A stretch of DNA of 64,000 nt. Source: an uncultured Gemmatimonadales bacterium (lineage in GTDB: Bacteria; Gemmatimonadota; Gemmatimonadetes; Gemmatimonadales; Gemmatimonadaceae). How positions within the stretch are numbered: position 1 is the first letter of the stretch; each line of letters opens with the position of its first letter. Under the pieces are notes generated by a model. That model was not told where the DNA came from. It made no database searches and was given only the letters and a program-made list of their open reading frames with translations. A program made the position numbers and the translations under genes. Positions 48,303 to 58,500 of the stretch are shown here, piece by piece. The stretch is taken from NCBI GenBank assembly GCA_963851265.1, contig CAWKNZ010000002.1, positions 128,001-192,000 on the forward strand. The letters run 5' to 3'.

Positions 48303-49784
48303 ATGCCCGGTATAGAAGAACCGATCGACCTGAGCGCGACCACTTCCGCCCCGCGTTCGGCCGCGGAGGCGCCGCGGCCGCAGTCCACCCCGCCGCCCGT
48401 GCCCGGCTTCTGGGCGTCGGTGCGCGAGGCGCTCGCCGGCAGCCACCAGGACTTCACCGCCGGCCCGTTAGGCCGTGCGATCCTGCTGCTCGCCGTCCCG
48501 ATGGTGCTCGAGATGGCGATGGAGAGCGTGTTCGCGGTCACCGACGCGTACTTCGTCGGCCGGCTCGGCGCCGACGCGCTCGCCACCGTCGGCCTCACCG
48601 AGTCGATGCTCGCCGTGGTCTACGCGCTCGCCATGGGACTCGGCGTGGGCGCGACGGCGGTGGTCGCGCGGCGCGTGGGCGAGAAGGACCCCGCCGGCGC
48701 GGCGCGCGCGGCCGCGACGGCGGTGGCCATCGGCGTCGCGCTCTCGCTCGTGCTCGGCGCGGCGGGCGCGGTGCTCGCCCCGCGGCTGCTCGCCCTCATG
48801 GGCGCGCCGGCGGGCGTGCTCGCCACCGGCACCGGGTACGCGCGCATCATGCTCGGCGGTGAGGCCAGCATCATCCTGCTCTTCGTGGCCAACGCGATCT
48901 TCCGCGGCGCGGGCGACGCGGCGATCGCGATGCGGACGCTCTGGCTGGCCAACGCGATCAACATCGTGCTCGGGCCGCTGCTCATCTTCGGCCCGGGCCC
49001 GTTCCCGGCGCTCGGCGTGACCGGCGCGGCCGTCGCGACGACGATCGGCCGCAGCACGGGTGCGCTCTACGCCCTCTGGCGGCTCACGCGCCCGACGAGC
49101 CGCGTGCACGTCGCGCGGCGCGACTTCGCCGTCGACCGTGCGGTGGTCCGCCGGATCGTGGACGTGGCCGGCGCGGCCGCCGCGCAGTCGATGATCGGGA
49201 CGGCGAGCTGGATCGGGCTCGTGCGCGTGGTCGCCACCTTCGGCGCGACGGCGCTCGCCGGCTACACGATCACGATGCGCGTGATCGTCTTCGCCATCCT
49301 CCCCGCCTTCGGGATGAGCAACGCCGCGGCGACGCTCGTCGGCCAGGCGTTAGGCGCGCGCGACCCGGGGCGCGCCGAGCGTGCGGTGTGGACGACGGGG
49401 CACTACAACGCGGCGTTCCTCGGCGTGCTCAGCCTGCTGTTCGTGTTCGCCGCGCCGGCGCTCGTCGGCGTGTTCACGCACGACCCCGGCGTGCTGCGCT
49501 ACGGCGCCGACGGGCTGCGCGTGGTCGCCGCGGGGTTCGTGCTGTACGCGTACGGCCTCGTGCTCACGGCCGCGTTCAACGGGGCGGGCGACACGCGGAC
49601 GCCGACGGTGCTCAACCTCGTCGTGTTCTGGCTGTTCGAGATCCCCGTGGCGTACGTGCTCGCGCGGACGCTCGGGATGGGGCCGCACGGGGTGTTCGTG
49701 GCGATCGCGCTCGCGTTCTCGCTGCTGGCGGTGGCGAGTGCGGCCGTGTTTCGGCGCGGCCGGTGGAAGCGGAGCGTGGTGTGA
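48303..49784 (+). CDS. MATE family efflux transporter
   Basis: About 12 TM; LAVPMVLE, FRGAGD, FNGAGDT. Confidence 0.93.
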   Translation: MPGIEEPIDLSATTSAPRSAAEAPRPQSTPPPVPGFWASVREALAGSHQDFTAGPLGRAILLLAVPMVLEMAMESVFAVTDAYFVGRLGADALATVGLTESMLAVVYALAMGLGVGATAVVARRVGEKDPAGAARAAATAVAIGVALSLVLGAAGAVLAPRLLALMGAPAGVLATGTGYARIMLGGEASIILLFVANAIFRGAGDAAIAMRTLWLANAINIVLGPLLIFGPGPFPALGVTGAAVATTIGRSTGALYALWRLTRPTSRVHVARRDFAVDRAVVRRIVDVAGAAAAQSMIGTASWIGLVRVVATFGATALAGYTITMRVIVFAILPAFGMSNAAATLVGQALGARDPGRAERAVWTTGHYNAAFLGVLSLLFVFAAPALVGVFTHDPGVLRYGADGLRVVAAGFVLYAYGLVLTAAFNGAGDTRTPTVLNLVVFWLFEIPVAYVLARTLGMGPHGVFVAIALAFSLLAVASAAVFRRGRWKRSVV

Positions 49785-49832
49785 CCGCGGCGCGGGGCGT
49801 GCGGGCCGGACGCCACCCCGCGCCTCGCGCGC

Positions 49833-51116
49833 TCACCTCCCCACGCGCCCCATACTCGTCACGAACCCGGCGTACAGCGCGTGCGGCTGCGGTCCGACGA
49901 TCGGGACGATGGTCCCGAAATCCATCTCCAGCTCCGGCCGCACCACGAACGTCGGACCGGTGAGCACGGCGACGATGGGCGCGTTTCCCGCGGGCCCGTG
50001 CGTGCCGGGGTAGCCGTACATCTCGAGTGCCCAGCCGAGCGCGCCGCGCACGGGGATGCCGGCAGCCGCGGCCCAGAGCGTCGAGGTCCTGGGCGCGCGC
50101 GTGCCGTTGCCGGTGCGCCACGTCGCGCCGACGTTGAGGTCGAGGCTGGCGGCGCCGACCGTGCGGGAGTTGATGAGCGTGAGGCTCGCGTCGGTGGTGC
50201 CGGTCCCGCGCGCGCCGCCGGTGGGAAGCTTGATTGCGGGCAGGAGGGCTACGTCCTGCAAGAGCGGGCGGTCCTCGCTCACGCGCCACTTGAGCGAGAC
50301 CGCGGCGTCGCCGAGTCCGAACGGCGTGCCCGTCGCGCCGGCGGTGGGGAGCTGCAGGCCGAGCTGGGTGTGCGGCCCGAGGCCGATCTTGAGCAGCGAC
50401 GGCACCGACACGAGGTGCGTGCCGTCGCCCGGCGCGTCGCGCTCGAACCCGCTCTCGACCTCGGCGTAGCCTGGCGCCACGGTGCCGGCGTGCGTCGCCA
50501 CGCTCGGGCGTTCGGGCTGGACGGCGCGCGGGTGGAAGGCGCCGCCCGGCGCCACGTCGCCCGGCGCCACGCCGGCCGCGCCCGATGCGCTGCCGGCGGC
50601 GCTGCCGGCGGCGTCGGGCGGTGCGGGCGGGGGTGCGGGGGGCGGCGCGGAGGGCCGCGCGGCAGCTGGCGCGCCGCCTGGCACGGGCGCAGGAGCGCCG
50701 GAGGGCGCGAGGCGCTCCTGCAGCACGCGCACGCCGGTGTGGTGCTGTCCCGCGTAGCCGCGCAGCACGAGGCGGCGGTGCGGCGGTGTGCCGGGTGCCC
50801 GGACCGTGTCGAGCGCGAATGCCGTGCACGACGCCGCGTCGCGTCCGGGGCGCCGGACGAAGCAGAGCGCGGGCGCGCCGGCGTTGGTCCGGCCTAACGA
50901 CCAGCGGCCGAAGTAGCGACGCTCCATGCGGGCGCGGCCGTCGGCCCCGACGCGCACCCGCACGAGCGCGTCGGCGCCGTCCGCGGCGAGCACCCACACG
51001 CTCGTGTCGCCCGGGACGGTCTTGGCGACGTCGACCCACTCGCCGGAAATGGCCGGAGGTGCAGCGGCGTGAGGAGAGGGCACGGGTGGGTAGAGGTGGG
51101 GATGAGATCGCACCAC
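49833..51116 (-). CDS. Hypothetical protein with a C-terminal putative outer-membrane barrel (MetA-pathway-like) domain
   Basis: QPERPSVATHAGTVAPG..EVESG, GDAAVSLKW, IKLPTG, amphipathic strands; no clear signal peptide; start uncertain. Confidence 0.6.
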   Translation of the reverse strand: MVRSHPHLYPPVPSPHAAAPPAISGEWVDVAKTVPGDTSVWVLAADGADALVRVRVGADGRARMERRYFGRWSLGRTNAGAPALCFVRRPGRDAASCTAFALDTVRAPGTPPHRRLVLRGYAGQHHTGVRVLQERLAPSGAPAPVPGGAPAAARPSAPPPAPPPAPPDAAGSAAGSASGAAGVAPGDVAPGGAFHPRAVQPERPSVATHAGTVAPGYAEVESGFERDAPGDGTHLVSVPSLLKIGLGPHTQLGLQLPTAGATGTPFGLGDAAVSLKWRVSEDRPLLQDVALLPAIKLPTGGARGTGTTDASLTLINSRTVGAASLDLNVGATWRTGNGTRAPRTSTLWAAAAGIPVRGALGWALEMYGYPGTHGPAGNAPIVAVLTGPTFVVRPELEMDFGTIVPIVGPQPHALYAGFVTSMGRVGR

Positions 51117-51163
51117 GAGCGCCCGATCGGCAATGCGACGCCGACCACGCCGAGCGGGCGACG

Positions 51164-52135
51164 CTAGCGTCGCGGACTCACGTTGCCGCCGTCGGCGACG
51201 ACGCGCCAGACGCCGTCGCGGCCGCGGCGCCAGACGGTGAGGTACTTGGAATAGGATACGCCCGCGCTCGCCGCGCTCACCGTGGCGGTTCCCACGGTCA
51301 TCCCGAGATCACCGCTTCCGGCCGCGTCGGCCAGCGCGGGCGTCCACACGAGTGCGCCGGGCCCGAGCGCACCGAGCAACGCGCCCGCGGCTGCGGGCCC
51401 GCACGTCATCGCCGCGGCGCCGCTCAGCACGAGCCCGTCGGGCGCGAGGGCGGCGGCGAACGCCGGCCCCGCGCCGTCGCGGGCCGATCGCGCCGCGAAG
51501 GCCGAATCTGCGCTGCGCAGTTCGCGCTCCCCCAACGCCCTGTGCTCGGGCGTGGACTCGGCGCCTGCGGCCGGCGCGTCGCACGGAGGCGCGAGCCGCG
51601 CGGCGCCGGCCGCCCCGCGCGCGAGCACCCACGCCGCGACGTGCCACGCGCCGGCGGGCGTGCGGCGCCAGTACGCGAGGTATCGAGCCGGGAGCACCGA
51701 GTCGCCGTCTGCCGACGCGCCGTAGCCCAGTGTGTACCCGCGCAGGCCGTCGCCCGAGAGCTCGGCGAGTGCGGGTTGCCAGCGCAGCATGCGGCGTGGC
51801 GCGTCGGGGAGGGCGCGCAACAGCGATTCGGCGGCGGCGCGCCCGCGCACGATCGGCGCGCCCGGGTAGAGGAGCACCACGTCGCGGTCGAGCGCCGTCG
51901 GGAACCCGACCGTGAGGGAGCGCGCGCTGCGGGCGGCGTGAGCGCGGTCGGCGGCGAGCAGCGAGGCCCGCCCGGCCGCGCGCGCCGGCGACGGCGCTCG
52001 CGCAGTCGGCCCTGGTGTCGACGCCGGTGCCGGTTGTGCTCCCAGGAGCGACCCGCCGACGAGCCAGGCCGCGACGCACTCGCCCAGCAGCGCCCGCCCG
52101 AACGCTCTTACGGAGGTGCTCGTCAACGTCCTCAT
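51164..52135 (-). CDS. Tandem NTF2-like/DUF4440 exported protein
   Basis: Two repeats (W.P....S.DG..GYT.G...YL..WRR); signal peptide LGA-Q. Confidence 0.8.
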   Translation of the reverse strand: MRTLTSTSVRAFGRALLGECVAAWLVGGSLLGAQPAPASTPGPTARAPSPARAAGRASLLAADRAHAARSARSLTVGFPTALDRDVVLLYPGAPIVRGRAAAESLLRALPDAPRRMLRWQPALAELSGDGLRGYTLGYGASADGDSVLPARYLAYWRRTPAGAWHVAAWVLARGAAGAARLAPPCDAPAAGAESTPEHRALGERELRSADSAFAARSARDGAGPAFAAALAPDGLVLSGAAAMTCGPAAAGALLGALGPGALVWTPALADAAGSGDLGMTVGTATVSAASAGVSYSKYLTVWRRGRDGVWRVVADGGNVSPRR

Positions 52136-52494
52136 CGAGGCGCGCGCTGGGGCCACGAACCTGCCAGCCGCGAGCGGGCGCGCTGCAGACGCGCGGGTCA
52201 CGTGGTCGTCGGGTGTGACGGGAGAACCATGCATCAGATGGCCATGCGCTCAGAAGGCGGCCCCGCGGAGCGGGAGTGCGTCAAGCCCGATCGCGGGCGG
52301 TCTGCGGTCGTGCGTGCGACGCGGCAGCGGAGCACTCTTGCGCGCCGCGTGGCAGGACCGCAATGTGATGGCGGGGGTGACGCGCGGAACCTGGATGCGC
52401 CGCATGGGGTGGCGCGCTCAGCGGGCCGGGCGCGGGGCCGTGCGCGGAGTCGCGCCGTGGGACGCCGCCCCCAGCTGAAGCGGAGGGGAGCATC

Positions 52495-53169
52495 ATGTGG
52501 CTCAAGTTGCTCGAGTCGCGTCACGCCCGTGTGGTCACCGGGTGGGCACTCATCGCGAGCATTGGCGTGCACACGACGGGCGTCGCGGCCACGTGGCTGC
52601 GGCAGGCGACGGGAGGGCACGAGCCGCCGCCCGAAGGTCCGATCTCGATTCGCTACCTCCTGCCGCTCGATCACGTCGCGCACGAGGTCGGCGAGCGCAT
52701 CCAGTGGGTCGCGCCGGGCACGGGTACGACCGGCTACGTGCGCGGCACGGCGCCCGCGCGCGCCAGCTCGACCGACGGAGACGACGCGCCACCACCCGTG
52801 GCCACCTCGCCGGCCCCGGTTCAGCAGGGCGACGTGCCCGACGAGACGCGCCTCTTTTCGGTCGAGGACGTCGACACCGCGGCGACGCGCGACCCGGCGA
52901 GTGACGGCCCGCGCTACCCGATCGAGCTGCGCGACAAGGGCGTGCAGGGCGAGGTGCTCGTCGAGTTCGCGGTCGATACGGCGGGGCGTGCCGACACGAC
53001 CACGTTCACCGTGGTCGAGACCACGCACCCGCTCTTCACGAACGCCGTGCGCGACGCGCTGCCGTTGATGCGGTTCACGCCCGCGGTCGCGCACGGGCAT
53101 CACGTGCGGCAGCTCGTCCGCCTGCCGATGAAGTTCCGCCTGATGATGGCCGAGAAGACGGCGACCTAG
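52495..53169 (+). CDS. Energy transducer TonB
   Basis: N-terminal TM with S..H; PRYPIELRDKGVQGEVLVEF; VRQLV. Confidence 0.85.
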   Translation: MWLKLLESRHARVVTGWALIASIGVHTTGVAATWLRQATGGHEPPPEGPISIRYLLPLDHVAHEVGERIQWVAPGTGTTGYVRGTAPARASSTDGDDAPPPVATSPAPVQQGDVPDETRLFSVEDVDTAATRDPASDGPRYPIELRDKGVQGEVLVEFAVDTAGRADTTTFTVVETTHPLFTNAVRDALPLMRFTPAVAHGHHVRQLVRLPMKFRLMMAEKTAT

Positions 53170-54062
53170 GCGGGCGGCTCGGCCATCATCCCCATCGCGT
53201 GGTAGCCCTTGTCCACGTAGATGGTCGCGCCGGTGATGCCGCTCGCGAGGTCCGACGCGAGAAAGGCGGCGACCCCGCCCACCTCCTCCGCACGGGTGGG
53301 CTCGGGGAGCGGCGTGTTCGCGGCGGCGTAGCGCACCATGCGGTCGATGATCCCGATGGCGCTTGCCGCGCGGCTGGCGAGCGGACCGGCCGAGATGGTG
53401 TTGATGCGCACGCCGTACTTGCGGCCCGCTTCGTAGGCGAGGAGGCGCGTGTCGCTCTCGAGCGCGGCCTTGGCGCTCGACATACCGCCGCCGTATCCGG
53501 GCACCGCGCGCTCGCTGGCGAGGTAGGTGAGCGAGGCGAACGAGCCGCCCGGCCGGAGCAGGGGGGCCATGCGCTGCACCATGCTCACGAGCGAGTACGC
53601 GCTGGTGCTGACCGCGGCGAGGTAGCCGGCGCGGCTCGTTTCGAGGAGCGGGTTCTTGACTTCGGGCCCGTTGGCGAGCGAGTGGACGACGACGTCGAGC
53701 GGCCGCTCGCCGAAGTCGGCGACGAGCTGGTCGGCGACGCCCTGCACGGAGAAGTCGCCGGTCTCCTTGTACCGCTTGGAGTCGCGCACCTCGGCCGGCG
53801 CGTCGGCCAGCGTGTCGTACATCGCGTCGAGCGGGTAGATGCGCTCGAAGGCGAGCTGTGAGCCGTCGGCCATGCGGCGCGACTCGTCCATCTTGCCGCG
53901 CTCGAGGAGGTTGCGGAAGATGGTGAGCGCCGGCGGCCACGTGGCCACGCACACGGTGGCGCCGGCCGCGGCGAGCGCCTTCGCGATGGCGAAGCCGTAG
54001 CCGTTGTCGTCGGCGACGCCCGCGACGAGGGCGCGCCGTCCGGAGAGGTCGATGGGGAGCAT
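53166..54062 (-). CDS. fabI: Enoyl-ACP reductase, Chlamydia/plastid-type
   Basis: AGVADDNGYG, HSLANGPEV, YGGGMSSAKAALESD, ISAGPLASRAA. Confidence 0.93.
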   Translation of the reverse strand: MLPIDLSGRRALVAGVADDNGYGFAIAKALAAAGATVCVATWPPALTIFRNLLERGKMDESRRMADGSQLAFERIYPLDAMYDTLADAPAEVRDSKRYKETGDFSVQGVADQLVADFGERPLDVVVHSLANGPEVKNPLLETSRAGYLAAVSTSAYSLVSMVQRMAPLLRPGGSFASLTYLASERAVPGYGGGMSSAKAALESDTRLLAYEAGRKYGVRINTISAGPLASRAASAIGIIDRMVRYAAANTPLPEPTRAEEVGGVAAFLASDLASGITGATIYVDKGYHAMGMMAEPPA

Positions 54063-54117
54063 GGAGCGCAAGATAAGCGCAGCGCGCGCGCTGCTCCGCA
54101 CGCCTCAGCACGCTTCG

Positions 54118-54411
54118 CGAACGGGTTCGGTCACGTTCGAGAACGTTCGGTCTTGTAAGCGACTGCGTTGCGAATAGCAAGCGCATTCGCCGCAGAGAAG
54201 TGCGTAAATTGATTGGGTTGCGAACGGAGTTGCGAGGTCCCGCGCGTGTGCCAGCGCATGCGGCCGCTGCCGTTCGGTACCCGGCACACGGATCACGGGG
54301 CGACGGGCCGAGTTCTGCGCCGATGTGACGCGTTGCGCGCTTGACGGGTGTTACTCGCGGCGGTACGGTTGACCGCGCTCGAAACGGATCAAACGTCTCC
54401 GAACGTGTTCG
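54118..54411. promoter_or_regulatory. Candidate operators upstream of the LacI-SusCD locus
   Basis: CGAAC-GG-GTTCG at 54118-54129, GAACGTTC at 54141-54148, CGAAC-GT-GTTCG at 54400-54411. Confidence 0.45.
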
Positions 54412-54452
54412 ATCCGTGCCGATCGGCGTGCCCGTCTCCGTCGCCCTTTTGC

Positions 54453-55532
54453 ATGCCTTCCAAGCGCGCCACGATCACCGACGTCGCCACCCGCGCTGGC
54501 GTCTCGAAAGCGACTGTGTCTGCCGTCCTCAACGCCTCCGCCCCGGTCCGGAGCGACACCCGCGACCGGGTGTTGCACGCCGTCGAGTTCCTCGACTACC
54601 GGCCGGGAACGGGCATGGGGGCCGCCGCGGCACGCGCCGGCACGCGCCGCACGGTGCGCAGCATCGGCCTGCTCATCAAGGAGGCCGACAACCCGTACTA
54701 CGCGTCGGTGGTGACCGGCGCGCGGGCGGCGGCGACGGGGCGCGGCTACACGCTGCTCGTCGCCAGCTCGGAGGGCGAGTACGCGAGCGAGCGGCGCGCG
54801 GTCGAATTGCTGCACGGCAAGGACTGCGACGGGCTGCTCGTCGCCCCGGTGCTCGACGACGAGGTCGACCTGTCGCACCTCTTCGAGCTCAAGCGGCGCA
54901 ACTATCCGTTCGTACTGCTGGAGGAGGTGCGGGGCGTGCCCGCCAGCCTCGTGGACGTCGACAACGTGCGCGGCGCGTGCGCCGCGGCCGCGCACCTCAT
55001 CGCGCTCGGCCACACCCGCATCGTCCACTTCGCCGGCCCCAACTACTCGACGCACACGCACGAGCGCGTCAACGGCGTGCGGCGCGCGTGCAGCGCGTCA
55101 TCGGTCGCGTTCACCGACGCGTGCGTCGTTCCCGCGGGCGCCCACCTCGAGGACGGCTACCGCGCGGCGCTGGCCTACTTCCGGGAGCTCGCGCCCGCGG
55201 AGCGTCCGACCGGCCTCACGTGCTACAACGACCTGATCGCGGTGGGGGTCTGCCGCGCGCTCGCGGAACTCGGCATCCGCGTGCCGGACGACATGTCGGT
55301 GGTCGGGTTCGACGACATCCCGCTCCTCGAGTACCTCCCGGTGCCGCTCACGTCGGTGCGGGTGCCCACGCACGAGATGGGGCGCCTCGCCACGGAGCTG
55401 TTGATCGCGCAGGTGGAGGCTGCCGTGCCGCCCGCGCCCCAGAAGCACTTTCTCGACGCCCCACTCATCGTGCGCGCCTCGTCGCGCGCGCCCGCGGGCG
55501 CCGCTCCCCGGCGCGGTGGCACGAATGCCTGA
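54453..55532 (+). CDS. LacI family transcriptional regulator
   Basis: TITDVATRAGVSKATVSAVLN; PDDMSVVGFDD; LTSV. Confidence 0.95.
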   Translation: MPSKRATITDVATRAGVSKATVSAVLNASAPVRSDTRDRVLHAVEFLDYRPGTGMGAAAARAGTRRTVRSIGLLIKEADNPYYASVVTGARAAATGRGYTLLVASSEGEYASERRAVELLHGKDCDGLLVAPVLDDEVDLSHLFELKRRNYPFVLLEEVRGVPASLVDVDNVRGACAAAAHLIALGHTRIVHFAGPNYSTHTHERVNGVRRACSASSVAFTDACVVPAGAHLEDGYRAALAYFRELAPAERPTGLTCYNDLIAVGVCRALAELGIRVPDDMSVVGFDDIPLLEYLPVPLTSVRVPTHEMGRLATELLIAQVEAAVPPAPQKHFLDAPLIVRASSRAPAGAAPRRGGTNA

Positions 55533-55596
55533 CGCACCCCGCGTCACCGGCACCGCGCTCCGCGCCCGTCGTTCTCACCCCAGCGAGGATTCTCGC

Positions 55597-58500
55597 GTGT
55601 CTTACTCCCCCGGCCGCCGTCGGCGGCGCGCCCGTCCGGGCACTCCTCTCGCCGCCGCACGCGCCGCCAGCCGGCTCAGCGCGGTCATCGCGCTCGCGCT
55701 TCTGCCGGGCGCGTTGCTCGTCGTGCCGGCGCACGACGTCGCCGCGCAGCAGCCCGCGCAGAACACGGGCCGCATCGCCGGGACCGTGCTCGGCACGGCC
55801 AACGCGCCGGTCAGCGACGTCCAGGTGGTCGTGACCACCGCGGGCGGCGCACGCCTGGGCGGTATCACCAACGCGCAGGGGCGCTACAACATCGGCGGCG
55901 TGCCCGTCGGGACGGTGACGGTCCGCACCCAGCGGATCGGCTTCCAGCCGCGCACGCAGACGGTGGCCGTCACGGCCGGCCAGGTGAGCACGCTCGACTT
56001 TCAGCTCGTCGCCGCGGTGGCGCAACTGGCGCCGGTGCAGGTCGGCTACACGAACGAGGCGCAGTCTCGTGTGACCGGCGCCGTCGCGACCGTCACCGGG
56101 AACCAAGTCCAGGACCAGAAGGTCGCCACGATCGAGGAGGCGATTCGCGGCCGCGTGCCGGGCGTTCAGGTCGAAGCGGGCGGTCAGCCCGGACGACCCG
56201 CCGCGATCACGATCCGCGGCCCGTCGAGCCTGGGGAACACCTCGCCCCTGTACGTCGTGGACGGCATGTACGTCGGGAATCAGAACCCGAACATCAATCC
56301 GGACGACATCGCGACCTTCACCGTCCTCAAGGACGCTTCGGCGGCCGCGCAGTACGGCTCGCAGGCGTCGAGCGGCGTCATCGTGATCACGACGCGGCGC
56401 GGGCAGGCGGGGCAGAACCAGTTCTCGGCCAACGCCTACTACGGGTTCCAGTCGATCCCGAAAACGCTGCCGATGGCCGGGACCGCCGAGTTCCAGAGCG
56501 TGTTCGATACGGCGTACGCGCGCGCGGGGATCACCCCGCCGACCGGGGTCACGACGCCCACGTCGGTCAACACCGACTGGCAGTCCGCGGTGATGAAGAC
56601 CGGGGCGATCCAGAACTACAACGCGCAGGCGTCTGGTGGGACGCCCAACGCGAGCTACCTGATCAGCGGCTCGGTGCTGAACCAGGACGGCACGATCATC
56701 AACACCAACTTCCGCCGGGCGAGCCTCCGGGTGAACTCGGACGCGACGCGCGGGCGGATCCACGTCGGCGAGAACCTCGCCGTTTCGCAGGCGCGCCAGC
56801 AGAACTTTCCGAACGGCATCTTCGGCGGCACGGAGCTGCCGCTGATCGACGTCGTGCTGCTGCCGCCGACGATCCCGGTGCGGGACCCCAACAACCCGAG
56901 CGGCTACGGCTACGGCAGCCTGGCGACGCCCAACTACGGCACGAACCCGGTCGCGGCAGCCCAGTCCAACTACAACGTCTACCGCGCGAACGCGGTGATC
57001 GGCTCGGCGTTCGCCGAGGCCAACCTGTTCGCGGGCCTCAAGTACCGCCTCAACGTCGGCGTGAACTACGCGGACTCGGGCAACACGGTGTGGAACAGCA
57101 GCAATCAGCTGCGCTACCTCACGCCGGTGCTCACGGGCGCGTTCCTGCGGCAGTCGTACCCGCGGTCGCAGCAGCTGCTGTACGAAAACCTGCTGACCTA
57201 CGACGGCACGTTCGGCGGGACGGACCACCGGCTCACGGCCGTGGCGGGGCAGACCTCGCAGAACAACACCTACCAGCAGCTGACGGCGTACCGCCAGGGG
57301 TTTACGAACGAGTCGTTGCAGCAGATCTCGGCGGGGTCGAGCACCGGCAGTAGCAACGACGGCTTCACGATCCCCGTGCGCGAGAATTCGCTGCTCGCGC
57401 GCGCGACGTACTCGTTCCGCGACCGCTACCTGGCGACGGGGACCGTGCGCCGCGACTGCTCGTCGCTGTTCAGCCCGGCCAACCGCTGCGGCGTGTTCGG
57501 CTCGGGCTCGCTCGGCTACGTGGTGAGCGACGAGCAGTTCTTCAAGGCGATCCCGCTGATCGGCGGCGCCGACCTGTTCAAGCTCCGCGTCAGCACCGGC
57601 GTCCTCGGCGGCCAGGCGCTCAACCCGTTCCAGTACATCCCGGTCGTCAGCCAGAACATCAACTACTTCTTCAACGGCACGATCACGTCGGGCGCGATCC
57701 AGCAGGCGCTGATCAACGAGAACCTGCGTTGGCAGCGCAACCGCAACACCGACGTCGGTTTCGACCTCGGGCTGCTGAACAACACGCTCAACATCACGGC
57801 CGACTACTACCAGGCGACGCTCGACCAGTTGCTGGTGCAGACGTCGATCCCGCCCGACCTCGGCTCGAGCGCCAACCCGACGGTCAACGCGGGGCGCGCG
57901 CGCAACGCGGGCTTCGAGCTCGGCGCCACGCACCAACTGCGGCGCGGCGACTTCCGCCTCAACACGACGCTCTCGGTGACGACGCTCGCCAACCGCGTGC
58001 TGTCGCTCGGCAACGGCGGCCAGCCGCTCTTCGCCGGGTTCGGCGGCGTCGCCCGGACGACGGTCGGCCAGCCGATCGGCGAGTTCTACCTGCTCAGGAA
58101 CTGCGGGCTGTTCCAGAGCGCCGCCGCGGTGCAGGGCCACACGTCGAGCGTCAACGGCAAGGCGGTGGTGCTGCAGCCGGGCGCGCAGCCGGGCGACGTG
58201 TGCTACCAAGACGTGAACGGCGACGGCGTGATCGACAACAGCGACCGCGTGAACGCGGGGACGCCGTTCCCGAAGCTGCAGACCGGGCTCTTCCTCAACT
58301 CGTCGTTCAAGTCGTTCGACGTCGGGGTGAATCTGCGCGGCTCGTTCGGCAACAAGATTTACAACGTGGTGCGGTTCAACACCGAGAACACGAGCGGCCT
58401 GCAGAACATCCAGTCGGGGCTGGACTTCTGGTCGCAGACGAACACGAGCGGGACGGTCCCGCGCGCGGTCTTCGGGACCGCCGGCGCGGCGAACTTCAAC

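Noticed and set aside
54118..54411. LexA (Cheo) boxes
   Set aside because: The spacer is 2 nt, not the 4 nt of GAAC-N4-GTTC, and the adjacent genes are not SOS genes.
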